Positions 22,570 to 36,805 of a stretch of DNA of 45,810 nt are shown piece by piece (within the stretch, counting starts at the first letter, position 1; the number at the start of each line of letters is the position of its first letter). Made by a program: the position numbers and the translations under genes. A model generated the notes under the pieces. It was not told the DNA's origin, did not search any database, and saw only the letters and a list, made by a program, of their open reading frames with translations. This stretch comes from Chiloscyllium plagiosum (lineage: Eukaryota), in contig NC_057711.1 of assembly GCF_004010195.1 (NCBI RefSeq), forward strand, positions 73,227,972 to 73,273,781, in the 5' to 3' direction.

Positions 22570-23620
22570 CCTAAGAAATAGGAGCAGGCGTAAGACATTC
22601 ATCCCCTGAAGCTTGCCCTGCCATTCCATAAGATCATGAGTGATCTGTTATAGGCCTGATTCTGCCAGCTCTTCATAGCTCTGTTTTTCAATTCGTATAA
22701 TAACCTACCTATCTACTCTTTAAATACTTTGATTTAGCCTCCTGAGCACTCTGGGGCAAGGAATTCCAAACATTCACTACCCTCTGGGAAAAGAAGCTGC
22801 ATCATATTTCAGTTTTAAATGAATGACCCTTATTTTGTAACATCATCTCAACATCTACCCTGTGAAGCCACCTCAGAATTTTGTATGCTCCAATGGGATC
22901 ACTTCTTATCCCTTAATTCCAGGAATCTGTGGAGTGAATCTGTTTTGAACCAGCTCCAAAGGCAGTATTTTTTATTTAATTTTTATTTTTTATAATTTTA
23001 AAATTTTGTACACAGTACTCCAGATGTGTCCACACTAGCACACTGAGTCTTCCATTTGTAAATTTCAACTTCATAGTAGTAGGGAAAAATTCCATCTGTT
23101 GCCTAAATCACTTGCAGCACCTGCATGCTAACCAATTTTTGTGTTTCATACACTAGAACACACAGATGCTGTTCAGTACTTTTTGGACCCTCTCTCTAAT
23201 TAAATCATAGTTTGTGTTTTGATTCTTCCTATTGAGGTGCATGTCCTCTCATTTGCCTACATTATACTTTACCTACCAAGTTTCTGCCCACTCACTCATC
23301 CTAGCTATATTACTTCCCAGATTTCTTGTACCTTCTTTGCAATATGCCTTCTCACCTATTTTATTTCAGCAAATTTTGATACGTTCCATTCTACCCCTTT
23401 CTCCAAGTTATTAATGTAGATGGTAAATTGAGGCACTGGGATGAATGCTTTTGGCACTCCACTAGTTTTATCTTTCCAAACTGAATAAGATCCATTAATC
23501 CTGACCTTGTCCTTTGTGTCCACCAATCCTCAATCCATCCTCGTGCGTTACCCTCAAGTCTGAGTTTCTCTCTTCTACAATAACCTTTCATATGGCACCT
23601 TTTACAGAATGTCTTGCGGA
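22570..23620 (-). mobile_element. Degenerate CR1
   Basis: Tail taagaaataggagcagg; WIEDW and aaggtgcc (DKVP) motifs on the minus strand. Confidence 0.75.
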
Positions 23621-26109
23621 AATCTCAGCAACCATTCACTTTCACTGTTATTTCTTTGGCATTGTGCCACCTTTTTTCCTGCACTTTTTCTCCCTCTCTT
23701 GTTCTAGTACAAAACAAAAATAATCCAGATGTTGGAAATCTGAAATAAAAGCAAAAACTGGAAATGACCAGCATCTGTGGAGAGGGAAAAAAAGTTGACC
23801 CTTAAATGTCATGGTATTAGAGGGACGGAATGTAGTCTGGTGTTGATTACGACTGCTGTAGTTCTGTGGTTTCCTCTTGAATGGTAACCCTCTGCCAACT
23901 TTGACTGCAATGTAGGATATTGCAGCTGATGTGGATTGCTCCAGGATGGCTATAGTGAAAGCAGCTTTCAAACAAGTCATTCAGAAGAGAAAGTTGTTTG
24001 CCCAGTGTCATTAGTTGAGAAGTGAAAAATAATTTGTAGTTTTGAAAAGAGACCAGAAAATACATGGCTGACAAAGTGAGGCTGAAGCACTGAAATTCTT
24101 TTGAAGTGTAATCACTGTTGTAATGCAGAAAATGTGGCAGTAATATGACAAAATAATTTATGAAATGTTTATATGCAGAAACCTTTCAAATTGCCCTCAT
24201 TGGGTGAAAGCAAGAACACCAAATTTCAAGTAGTTGCAATTCATACTACAGTAAAAAAAGTGCTGATTGGTTGCAAGATTACCCTGATCAAGTCATTGCT
24301 ATGGCAAAAGTAACAGGCGATTATAGATTCCCCAACTTCCAGATAGTTTAGAAAAGAATATGACTTGAACATATTTCTTTTGCTTGTGGGGAGCAGATCC
24401 CTGTATATGACATGCTTCACTTCCAACAAGCTCAAATGTGGCTTATGAGCACAACGGATCATCTTCATTTGGTAGTTGCTATTACTGTATTACACTCAGG
24501 ACTGTTCATTAACTGCTGCCTGCTCACAGAATCAAATCTAACAGTAGGGATTTTGTGCTGAGTTTTGCAAGAATGAGCTGATTGAATATGGCCTTTACCC
24601 TTTTGATTATGAATAAATGAGGGAGCATGTTGTTTTGAATCTGCTGTGTCATTATAACTATATATCTGGCATCTCACAGCATGACTTCATACTGCTTCTC
24701 ACCCCACCATGTGGTGGGTAGAACACTGTTTTTGGACTGACTGAGGAATTCTGTTAGTAGTATTGATGTGGAAATAGAGTGCATCAAAGATATCCTGCAG
24801 AACAATATCTCCCTTAATTGGGTTATTGTTCACTGTGTATCACGCAAACTCAAACACATTCAAGACTGCTGGTTTTGGATTGGAGTGTGTCCAATATATT
24901 ACACATTAAACAAGCTTTCTCATGGCTATGCAAGTAGTATTTTCTACTAGTAAGATGCTGCTTCTAGCTTAAAATGCAACTTTCCAACCAAATCAGCATT
25001 CTTTTTTCCTGTAACATATAAATTGTGATCCTCTGAAATGAAATGTATTGCATTTGTCCTCAGGAGTGAAAAATACAACGCTTCAACATCAGTGTCTCAT
25101 ACAGCAATGCATATCGCGTCATGTGCCTAAGTACTGGGATCAAAATTTGTCTGTTTCTGAAGCTCTAGGATTGAAGCTGAGTTTCAAGAGACAAGGGGGC
25201 CAGGGATTGCAGAGTCTTCACTTAAAGTAATATGCTAGCCATTAGAGTCCTGAATGGTTTTAACTTTTATCTAATCATTTGCTCCTGATGTCAGGACGGT
25301 TGAGTGGCTAAACTGGTTGTGACCCCAATCCAGTTTGGACCTCAGCAGACGCCATCACCAAGAACTCCTTGGGCAACAGGTTAAAATTGTAGGGGTTGAC
25401 AGAGCAACGTGCTATCTGTGCCATGATATTTACTGTTTTAAAATGGCATTTAAATAGGATAACCAAGCCATGACTTGGGTTAGTGTAGTGAGAATATAAA
25501 ATATGCATGGTAATGACTAGTCAAGTACATTTAACACATGCAGAATAACCGCATTCAAATGACAACTGAGAAACATAAAGCTTAGCATTAGTTGGGAAGG
25601 TTCTTACTTCAAAAACAGCTGTAAAATGAAAATAATTAGAATGTGCTCTAAACTTGAATACCTATATATTCAAAATGTCTACCAGAGCTTTTTGTAACTT
25701 ATACCCCTTGTAATATTCCAGATCATTGGTGTCTTAACCATTTATTGTGCTATGAAGTAATAAGTGGTGTTATTCCAATGGAGATAATTTGCTGCTTCTG
25801 CTTCACAAACAGGTCTTTGAAATTCTCAAAGCAGTTAATCTGTTTTGGTTTACCCATTGAACATGTTGAATACTTCCCTCTTTGCTCACCAATGTAAAAA
25901 TTGAGGCATGTTTTTAGGAGTCTGGGATTAGTCAATTAATCTACTCCAGTGAAAGTGCATTTCTCTTTTTTTTAAAAAAAACATAGAACTGCTCTGCTAA
26001 TGTGAACCTGACAATTTCTGTTGTCATTTTGGGGCAAATCAGTGGTCCCTGATTGGATGCTCATCTATGGCTCACCACCTTCCTAGATATGACAGTTCAA
26101 ATCCTCTTT

Positions 26110-27500
26110 GGTGGTCCCTCACAGATGAGACTGACTCTCATCCACTTTGTGTGTCTGTAGGTGGCTGTACAGACCCTGGAACAGAGCCTGTGGTACCTAC
26201 ATTTTTGAGCAAGTGCTGATCACGGAGAGGGGTGGGTGGGGCATTGGTGTGACAGTGCATTTTTTTTGTTGTTTGTGCCTGGCTTCCCATTTCTTTCTGA
26301 TGGCAAGTCTTGAGGTGCTCAGTGCCTTCCCGGATGCTTCTCCTCCACTTTGTACAGAGTTGGGCCAATGATTCCCCGGCGTCAGTGGGAATGCTGCACT
26401 TTGCCAGTGAGGTCTTGAGGGTGTCACTGAAGTGCATTCTTTTTTTCACCTAGGGCTCACCTGATGTTTTAAGTAGAGCACCTCATTGGAGATTCTTGTC
26501 AGTCGTGCAGACGACGTGGCCAGCCCATTGTAGCGATCAAGGGCCATCAGTACCTTGATGCTTGGGGATGTTGGCTGGGTCAAGAATGCTGGTGTTGGTG
26601 TCTTTTTTTTTAACAAGTGAATTTGCAGGATCTTGTGCAGAGAGCATTGGTACTGCTCCAGTGCCTTGAGGTGTCTGCTGTAGACTGTCCATGTCTCCAA
26701 GCCATATAGGAGGGTTGGAACTACTACAGCTCTGTAAACCATGATCTTAGTGTCAAATCTGATTATTGTTGTTCTCAAATACCCTTTTCCTCAGTGCGCT
26801 CCCACACTGAGGCATTGCTGGATCTCATCATCAGTAGATGCTTTGGCCAACTGGATACTTCTGATTGAAAGTGGTCAGTGTTCTCTAAGGCCTCTGTGTG
26901 GACCTTGATCAGACATTTCTTCCACAAAGCTAGACTAGGTTGATGGAGGACCTTTTTTGTCTTGGAGATGTTGTCATATGCCTCTAAAGGTGCTGATGAT
27001 GGTCTGGACTACATCCTGAGTTTGCACATACCCAAGCAAGATTTGCGTGCTGCAGCTTGACAACACTGGTTGGAGTGATTTTGTTCTTGGATTGAAGGCA
27101 GTGGTAGTTGAAAAATTTCCCATCAGTTTTTTTGTAAGTTTTGTTCCGCTCCAGTGGGAGTTTGGTGAGGTGAAGTATTGCAACAAGCTAGATTGACAAC
27201 AGTAGCAGGAAATCCATGCAGATGCTGTAACTCTTCAGAGCTTATCTAGACTCCACATTGGCTTGCTCTACCTCTATCAATGCTGACTGAACAGCTGTGA
27301 TCTCAAGCATTTGTTGTTCTCTGGTTGAGAACTGTGTTGGGGCAATGACTGAGCCCTGCTTGACAATGGTTTGAATGGGAAAATGGGTTGGTGGTAGAGC
27401 CATTTGTCATTTCCATGACTTCCATGTTGTCATGGAGAAGGATGATGACAAACTAATGGTGGAGCAGGATGTTTCATTATTCTTCCCGATTGAATGGTGT
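26110..27500 (-). mobile_element. RTE-type LINE remnant
   Basis: TKIMVYRAVVVPTLLYGLETWTVYSRHLKALEQ and FSDTLKTSL...KWRRSIREG are typical of an RTE ORF C-terminus. Confidence 0.75.
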
Positions 27501-29167
27501 CAAAGGCCTCCCCTCACCTCGCCCTTATCTTCTCGTGCCTCAGTTGACCTCTCCTGGTCTCACACCTGCGAGGACTGAGACCTGAGCGTCACCACTCCTG
27601 TTTCCTGACTGCCTTCAAACTGAATCTTCTGGTGCTTGGAATGGGGCGTATCAGCGGCTGCATGGCCTACAAACTGTTCAATCAGTGATCCTGTCACAGC
27701 TACAACTGCAGCGAGATTTTAGAAACACTCCATCCAGTGTTTATATCACTGCAATAATTTTTGTAACTACCTCCTAAGTGTTTTAATCGTAACCCCAATC
27801 ATTTTCTAATGACCACCCCCGGCCCAATGATAGTTTAAATATAACTGACAACCTCCGTGAACTCCAGTTCCTCAAGCTGTACCTTTTTTGGGTTCTATCT
27901 CACATTAGACCCACTTGCCCATTATCCAAGTCCTTAACTGAAATAAGTTGGCACTTAACCCAAATTTCTCACTTATTGATCTGGCATTGACTGTAATACT
28001 GGCATTAGTAATAAATATGATAACTACAGATATTCCTGCTCAAAAGATGGATGCACAGTGCTATGCAGTTTAGGGTATATACTTTCCTAGCCACACCTAA
28101 TTAAATGTTGCAATCCATACTGGTGCACAAGCTAAGTGAATGTTGTTCGCCTGAAGTTAACAGTCATCATGGCCGTTTACAGCTTTTGCCTGTGGTCATT
28201 GCACAAAATATGACTGTAAATTGTGGAATGCTCATGTGCAGATTAATGTCCAAATCAAGTAGCTACTGCCAATGATACCTTAACATGCTACCCTGATCTC
28301 TCAAAAGTGAACAGTTATGAATACTGCTTTTTTTTTTTAAAAAAAGACTATCATGTTAAGTAAGGTGTAACTTTTCCTGACATAGTATTCATCATTACTA
28401 TTGAGTGCCTTCAGTTGCCCTGAGAAACACACTTTTTTTGAATTTGTGGAACAGTTTGAGGAAGATATCCACATTTTAATGTAGAAATGTGAAAACAAAA
28501 CTTCAGATTTGGAAATAAATCAATTAAATTCAGAAGTGAGAAATATTAAGTGCCTTTAACTTTGTGTGAATGTTTCGATCTGGTTTGGCTACTTATTGAC
28601 CATAACTGCTGCTTCCTGCCATATGTTGCCTTGACTCAGCACTCAATTTTAAACTATCATCAGGAAAGGGGTAAAAATCACAGCACAAACCTCCAATGTT
28701 TTTGTGGGCTGTTTTCTTTGGAAATCTGTATTGCTCTTTGTTTGACTACAGGAACTAGGCCAGTAATTTTGGGATATGGAGAAAATTGAATTCAAACTGG
28801 CTGTGAGCATGCAAAATTGAAGTTTTGATTTCTGTAAAATTCTTAGAACGATCAATAAAACAAAACCTCTAACATATATTCTAGTGATTTCACCTCCCCT
28901 CTCCAAGTATCTTGAAAATGTTTTAAGTGGTTATGGCAATGGTAGTAGAGTTGATTTCAGCAATCTCCAATCTTTGCTCTTTAAAAAGTTTCCAGATGAA
29001 TCAAATTTTTTGAGATGGAGATTTCAAGGATTTCAAGCATAGAAGAAATGCCCAGCAGAATTTTCAGTTTTCTGGACAATTCTTCCAGAATTGATGTGGA
29101 TTCCACACTGTCCCCATGTGCAACTCTTGTCGATGCTGAAGTCGTGACTGTCTAGCTATGGAAGCAT

Positions 29168-29295
29168 CTGAAGAAAGGCTTATGCCCGAAACGTCGATTC
29201 TCCTGTTCCCTGGATGCTGCCTGACCTGCGGCGCTTTTCCAGCAACACATTTTTAGCTCTGATCTCCAGCATCTTCAGTCCTCACTTTCTCCTCC
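29168..29295 (+). mobile_element. Short Penelope-terminus insertion with hammerhead motif, family A
   Basis: CTGAAGA-aaggc-ttat-gccc-GAAACGTC at 29168-95; TSD atggaagcatctga at 29158-71 and 29296-309. Confidence 0.8.
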
Positions 29296-30574
29296 ATGGA
29301 AGCATCTGAGTCAACTAGATTCCTTTTGGGATCGGACTCTTTTTTTTGTATTGCTGATGTACAGTGATGGACATTGGTATTGATGGTCCCTAGTAATTTT
29401 AAATGAAGAAATAGATCAAACCAAAGAGATTCTTCTTTAACAGTGAAGTTCATGTAAAAGTAGTGTCGGCCTGAATGCATCTTCTATGTAAACCTTTGGG
29501 AAATTCTACGTAATATGAAGTTTGTTTTGGCTGTTCTGTAGAACAAGTTGACAGGGGCTGATAGATATTTAAAACCCTGCATGAAGCAAAGAAACTTGAC
29601 TTGTGTAGGACAGGTGGATGTTTGAGTCAAATTTAAAATCTCAGCTGTTTTCAGTGATTTTGCAAATCGACCCTTTTTAGTATAGCAAAAAATTAGGCAC
29701 TGTTTTAATTCCAACTAGTCTAACATCTGCAACTTTAAAAACCAACTTAAAATAAAAGCATTTCTTTGTCGCCTATGTTGATGGGAAAAGCAGCTGCAAG
29801 TAGCAGAACCAACTGCCTTATTTGACAAGTGTTTTAATAATGCCTCCCCTTATCCACTGAAGTCTACTGATTAAAGCAGTTGTTTTCAAAAACTGTGCTG
29901 CTAACCTTCTGTGAAACAGGCTTTTTAATAACATCTTAACAAAAGTATTTCCAATGTTGATTAAAGTATATGTATTTTGTAAACTCTGAATTAACATAAA
30001 CAACTATTGCATTTTAAATTGATTAAGGTAAAGTATTTGTTCCTCCTTTTCTCATCAGCCCAGACAGTTATTACATGTACAGGGTATAACCTGCATGGCA
30101 TGGTAATCAATCGATCAACAGCAGGCGTGCTCTGTTTTGCCTCGTGTATTTAATTGTTCACAATACAACATCTCAATGGGTGAAATTATCAATCAGTTTA
30201 ATGCTTTGGTTTTGTTGCAGGTCATCACAAGCAGCTTAGTTAGACAGAGATTTTTATTTTTAATGTCTGCAGAATTCAGGCTGAGAAATAAGTTTTCAGC
30301 TGTTGAGAAGGAGGGGCAGAGTGAGGGGAACAGATAAGTGCCCAGAGCAAAAGACCAAGGGAGTGCTAATGGTGCTAAAAGAAGTAGAGATGTAACGTAG
30401 GTGTAAATAATAGATGTGAGAAGGAGAAATGGGGCTCAAATTTGTGGAAAGATACAATGTGCTTTAATAAGCCTGAGGATTTGGGGGTATACCTTGGCAT
30501 GGTTAGAGGATTGGCTAACTAAACCAAGGGTTTGGGTAAGAGGGTATTTTCACCCTTCACCCTGGAGGCAGCCT

Positions 30575-30660
30575 GCCTCATTCCTGATGAAGGGCTTTTG
30601 CCCGAAACGTCTTTTTTTTTCCCCTGCTGCTCAAATGCGACCTGACCTGCTGTGCTTTGT
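30575..30660 (+). mobile_element. Family A fragment with hammerhead motif
   Basis: CTGATGA-agggc-tttt-gccc-GAAACGTC at 30584-611. Confidence 0.7.
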
Positions 30661-31168
30661 CTATTTACCGTATCCATGCCCCTCATGATTTTATAAACCT
30701 CCTAAGGTTACCCCTCGGCCTCTGCTCCAGGGAAAACAGCCCCAGCCTATTCAACCTCTCCCTATAGCTCAAATCCTCCAACCCGAGACCAGAATCGCAC
30801 GCAATATTCCAACAATGGCCTAACCGATGCCCTGTACAGCTGCAACATGACCTCCCAACTCCTGTACTCTATACTCTGACCAATAAAGGAAAGCATACCA
30901 AACGCCTTCTTCACTATCCTATCTACCTGCGACTCTACTTTCAAGGAGCTATGAATCTGCACTCCAGGGTCTCTTTGTTCAGCAACACTCCATAGGACCT
31001 TACCATTAAGTGTGAAAGCCCAGGTAAGACTTGCTTTCCCAAAATGCAGCACCTCACATTTATCTAAATTAAACTCCATCTGCCACTTCTCAGTCCATTG
31101 GCCCAATCTAATCAAGATCCCGTTGTAATCTGAGGTAACCTCCTTCGCTGTCCACTACACCTCCAATC
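30660..31168 (-). mobile_element. CR1 fragment
   Basis: WQMEFNLDKCEVLHFG...LQLYRASVRPLLEYCVRFW. Confidence 0.88.
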
Positions 31169-31449
31169 TGTTCACAGTACTGTATTGGTCTCCTTATTTC
31201 AGGAAGAATGTAAATCTATTAGAAGCAGATCAGAGAAAGTTTACTTTTATTTAGTCACGAGATGTGAGCACAGCAGTGTTGGCATTTAAGGCCCTTTCCT
31301 AGTTGTCCTTGAGAAGGTTTCGAGGTTCTGCCTTGAACTACAGTTGGTTAACCCACTGTGTTGTTAGGAAGGGAATTCTAGGATTTTGATCCAGAGCCAG
31401 TGAAGGAATGACAATAATATTTTCTAGTCAGAATGGTGAGCAGCTTACG

Positions 31450-34400
31450 TAAGAACATAAGAACTAGGAGCAGGACTAGGCCTTCTGGCCCCCTCGAGCC
31501 TGCTCTGCCATTCAATAAGATTATGGCTGATCTTTTCATGGCCCCTGCTCCCCTAACCTCCCACTCACCATAACTCTTAATTCCTTTACTGATTTAAAAA
31601 AAAAATAAACTACCTATGTTAGTTTTAAAAACCTTTTACTGAGGAAGCCTCAAACACTTCACTCGGCAGGGAATTCCATAGATTCACAACCCTCCTGGGT
31701 GAAGAAGGTCCTTCTCAGTTCATCTTAAATCTGCTCTCCCTAATTTTGAGGTTATGCCCTCTTCTCCTAGTTTCATTTCAGTGGAAACATCCTGGGAAAA
31801 AGTGAGGACTGCAGATGCTGGAGATCAGAGTAGAGTGTGTGGTTCTGGAAAAGCACAGCAGGTCATGCAGCATCCGAGGAGCAGGGGCATCGACATTTCG
31901 AGCATAAGCTCTTCATCAGGAAGCATCCTCTCTACTTCTATCTTATAGAAACATATGAAATTACGAAGGGAATAGATAAGATTCTTACCCCCACCCTTCC
32001 ATTCTTCTAAATTATAAAGAATATAATCCCCAGTCTAGTCAGTCTCTCCTTGTAAGTCAACCCCCTTAACTCAGGAATCAACCTAGTGAACCTGTTCTGC
32101 ACCTGTTCACCTGCCAGAAAGGAGATCAAAATTGCACACAGTACTCCAGGTCTGGCCTCACCAGCATCCTGTACAATTGCAACATAACCTCCCTGCTTTT
32201 AAACTCAATCCCTTTAGCAATGAAGGACAAAATTATGGTTGCCTTCTTAATTACTTGTTGTACCTGCAGACCTGTGATTCATGTACAAGCACACCTAGGT
32301 CCCTCTGCGCAGCAGTGTGCTGCAATTTCTTACTATTCAAGTAAGAAATTTATTCCTTTATTCCTACTGAAATGGATGACTTCACATTTATTAACATATT
32401 CCATCTGCCAGACCATTACCCACTCACTTAAAGTATGTTCTTCTGGAAAGTTTCACAGTCCTCTGCACACTTTGCTGGACCACTCATCTTTCGTATCATC
32501 TGCAAACTTTGACACACTATATGTGGTCCCCAACTCCAAATCATCTGTGTAACTTGTGAATAATTGTGGTCCAAACACTGATCCCTCAGGCATACTACTA
32601 GTCACTGCCAACTGAGATAGCACTCATTTATACCTTTCTTTTTGCTTCTTGTTGGTTAACCATTCCTCTATCCATGCTAATATGTTGCCCATAAACCCCT
32701 TTTCTTTGCCTAATGCAGCAGCCTTTTGTGTGGCACCTTGTCGAATGCCACTTGGAAATCTCGATACACCATATTTACTGGTCCCCATGGTCCACCATGT
32801 TCATTATACTTTTGGAATTCTATGAAGACATTACCTGCCCTTCATGCTGCATTTGCCCAATGGGACAATTTCTATCTAGATGCCTTGCTATTTCTTCCTT
32901 GATAATAGACTCAAACATTTTCCCCACAACAGGAGGTAAGCGAACTGGTCGATTTAATTCCCCATCTTTTGTCTACCTCCCTTTTTTTAAACAGTGACGT
33001 CACAATTGCTGTTTTCTAATCTGCTGGAAGTGCCCCAGAGTCCAGTGAATTTGGGAAAATTACCACATGTGCACTTGCTATTTCTCCCAACAATTCTTTT
33101 AGCACCTTGGGATGCAGTCCCTTAGGACCAGGAGACTTGTCTACTCTTAGCTTTGTTAACTTGCCCAACTCTACTGCTTTCATGATAATAATTGTTTCCA
33201 GGTCCTCACCTACCTTTTTGTTTCTTTGTCAAATATTGACATGTTATTAGTGTCCTCCGCTGAAGACTGACACAAAAATACCTATTCAATACCTCAGGCA
33301 TTTCCTCAAATCCCCCTTCCCATTCTCTGAAGGACCAATGTTTACTTTAATCACTCTTTTTGCTTTATATATTTAAAGAAACTTTTGCTATCTGTCTTTA
33401 GATTATGAGAAAAAACTAGCTCAGAATATATGTTTCTCTTCTTTTAGAGCTTTTTTTTTGTGTGGTTTTCTGTTGACCTTTTTAAAGCTTTCCCAATCTT
33501 TAGTTTCTAGCTGACCTTAAGCCACTTTATTAAATTGAAAGAGCAGACACATAACCTCCCTTATTTCCTTAGACACCCGTGGCAGATTACCCCTTTTCCG
33601 ACAGTCCTTCCTTTTCACTGGTATATACTTCTGCTGAGCACTTTAGAAAATTACTTTGAAAGTCCTCCACTGTTCATCACCTGTCCCACCATAGACTGTT
33701 TACTTCCAGTCTATGTTAGCCAACTCCTTCCTCTTCCTATTATTAGACTCCCTTGTTTAAGCCCAGGACCTTGGTATTGGATTTTAACTTCGCACTTTCC
33801 ATTTGTATTCTAAATTCAACCATACAGTGATTGTTCCACCCAAGAGGGTCCCTAACTATGTCATTGTTAATTATTCCTGTCTCATTACATGCAACCAGAT
33901 CTAGGATGGCTTGCTCCCATGTCAGTTCCATTAAATACTGTTCAAGAAAACTATTGCAGATACATTCAATGAACTCCTCAAGGCTACCCTGACCAACCCG
34001 GTTCAACAAATTGACATGTAGATTTAAATCCTCCATGATAATTGCTGTACTGTTTTACAAGCATTAGTTATTTCTTTGTTTTATTGTCTACCCCAATGTG
34101 ATATTATTTGGTGGCCTATACAACTACTCCTATCGGTGACGTTTTCTTCTTAGAATTTCTCATTTCCACCCAAATGAATTCCATCTTTATTCTCCATAGA
34201 ACCTAGTTCATCTCTTACCACTACCCTGATGTTGTCCTTAAATATCAGAGCTACACCACTTTTCTTACCTACCTGTCTGTCCTTCTGAATAGTCTGATAC
34301 TCCTGATATTTAACACCCAGTCGTGGCCATCCTGCAACCATGTCTTCGCAATGGCTACTAAATCTTTTTCATTTGAGATGATTTGGGGCCATTAACTCCT

Positions 34401-34995
34401 CTACCTTGTTATGAATGCTGTGAGCATTCCGGTAAATTGCCCTCATGCTAGTTTTTGTACCCTCTTTTTATAAATTCCAATATCTCCTGAGTTATCCATC
34501 CTTTTTTACTTCTTTCATAGTCTGTGTAATTAAACTCTCCTGCACACATGCTAATCTGCTGCTTCCCTTTCTATTTACCACCATACTTACTATAGTTTCT
34601 CTAGATTAAAGTCCTAGTGACTACCCTATTTATTCTTTTTGATACAACACTGTTTCCAGATTGGTTCAGGTGGAGACCATCTCATTGGTATAGACCCCTC
34701 TTGTTCCAAAACTGATGCCAATGCCCCTTGAAATGGAACCCCTCTTTCCCATACCATTTCTTTTGCCATGTGTTTACTTCCCTAATTTTCTTATCCATAA
34801 GCCAATTTGCACATGGATCAGGTAGTAATCTGGATGTTATAACCCTTGAGGACCTGTTTCTAGTGCTTAATAGTCCCCAAACAGGCCTTCCTTCCTAGCC
34901 TTGCCTATGTTGTTTGTCCCAATGTGGACCACAACATAGTTCCTCCCCCTCCTGCTCCAGTATCCTTTCAGGCCGGTCAGAGTTGTCCTGCGCCC
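31450..34995 (-). mobile_element. Long degenerate CR1 (ORF1 esterase end, ORF2 EN + RT, 3' tail)
   Basis: VVVHIGTNNIGK (SGNH-type ORF1), QAILDLVACNE...NHCMVEF (APE endonuclease), RT motifs, and tail taagaacataagaac at 31450. Confidence 0.88.
31794..31918 (-). mobile_element. Family A insertion with hammerhead motif
   Basis: Minus strand reads CTGATGA-agagc-ttat-gctc-GAAATGTC; TSD ggaa(a/g)catcct at 31783-93 and 31919-29. Confidence 0.78.
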
Positions 34996-34999
34996 TGGC

Positions 35000-35910
35000 A
35001 CCGGGCAGGGCTTGGAAGGGAATTTGCAGGTGGTGGTGTTCCCATATATCTGCTGCAATTGCCTTTCTCGCTGGAAGTGATTGTGGGTTTGGAGGTACTG
35101 TCTAAGGATCTTTGGCAAATTTCTGTGGAGCATCTTGTACATAGCATACAGACTCCACCTACTGGACATTAGTGGTGGAGAGAGTGGTTGTTTGTGGATG
35201 GGGTACAAATCAAGCTTCTTGAGTGTTGGAGCTGCACTCTGTTGAGACAAGTATTAAAATATACTCTTGGTTTGTGCCTTGTAGATGTTGGACAAGCTTT
35301 TGGGAGTTGAGTTACATCAGTATTCCTAGCCTGTGACCTACTCTTGTAGCCACTGCATTTAAATTGCAAGTCCAATTGGGTTTCTTGTCAATGGTAACCC
35401 CTGGAATGTTGATTAATGGAGAATTCAGCAATGGTAACACCACTGAATGTCAAAGGTTGGCGTTTAGATCATCTTTCAGTGGAGTTGGTCATTGCCTGGC
35501 ATTTGTGTGGCATGAATGTTACTTGCCACTTCTCAGCCCAAGCCTGGATGTTATTCAGATGTTGTTGTTACATTTGAACATTGACCTGTTCAGTACCTGA
35601 GGAGCTGTGAATGGTGCTTAACATAGTGCAATTGTCTATGAATGACCCCATGTCTGACCACCTGATGGAGGGAAGGTCATTGAAGCAGTTAATGAGGGTT
35701 GGACCAAGCACAAACTCTGAACTGCTGTAGGAATGCCCTTGAGCTGAGTGACTGATCTTTAACAAATGTAATCATTTTCCTATTGTGCCAGCTTTGACTT
35801 GAACCACCAGAAAGTTATTCCCTGATTCCCATTGGTTACTGATTGCTAGGCTCTTCGATGCCACTCTTGGTCACATGTGACCTTGGTGTCAAAAGCTGTC
35901 ATTCTCACTT
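35000..35910 (-). mobile_element. Degenerate LINE (CR1/L2-group)
   Basis: QG-S--VLGPTL-NCF-NDLP...F-D-CT RT motifs in ORF 35568-35765. Confidence 0.65.
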
Positions 35911-36604
35911 CACTTTGCCTTGCCTCACCTCACCTTCTTCTTTAATTCAGCTGTTCTTCTGTATTTGAGCACCTGAAACGTCGATTTCCCTATCTCGTGA
36001 TGCTGCCTGGCTTGCTGTGTTCTTCCTGCCTGTCTACATTGACAGAATCCAAACTGGGTGTCAGTAAGTGGATTGTTGCTTAGCAGGTGCTGCTTGATAA
36101 CACTGATGACCCCTTTCATTGTATACACTACACTTCTACCTCCTCCTTCAGAACAGTGCGATGTGCTAGGTTTGCAACTGTGGGATTTAGAACAGTTAGT
36201 GACTTCATTGGAACACAAGGTCATGAACAGTCTTAAACGGATTAATGTGAAAAGGATGTTTCTTCTTGAGAGCATCTCTGTCCCTGTTTTAAGAATAAGG
36301 CATTACCCATTTGAAACAGACAAGAGTTTTGTTTTCTTCCATAAGGTCAAGAATCCTTGGAGCTGTCTTCCTTGAAAGGCAGTGAACGCAGAGCCTTTGA
36401 ATGTCTAAGGGCAGAATTATCTACATTGAGTAGTGGTGTGAAAAGTTATCTGGAGCGACCAAAATGTGGAGTAATCGGGTCGGTCATGATCTGATCGAAT
36501 GATGGACTAAGCTCTCCAGTTGAATGACCACTCCAGCTAATTTGTACATTCATGAGCAAGACCTAGTGGCTCCAAGATTGGCGACGGAGTTACTTGTGAA
36601 CACA

Positions 36605-36805
36605 CCTCCAAAGATGTGCAGATAAGGTGAATTGGCCATGCTAAATTGCCCATAGTGTTCAGGGATGCGTAGACTAGGTGCATCATTCAGGGGCAATGTA
36701 GAGTAATAGGGTAAGAGAAATGGGTCTGGGTGGGATACTGTTCAGAGGTTCAGTGTGGACTTGTTGGGCCAAATGGCCTGTTGCCACACTAGGGATTCTG
36801 ATTCT
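36605..36805 (+). mobile_element. HE1-type SINE 3' half
   Basis: tccaaagatgtgcag...aggtgaattggccatgctaaattgccc matches 2844-2888. Confidence 0.8.
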
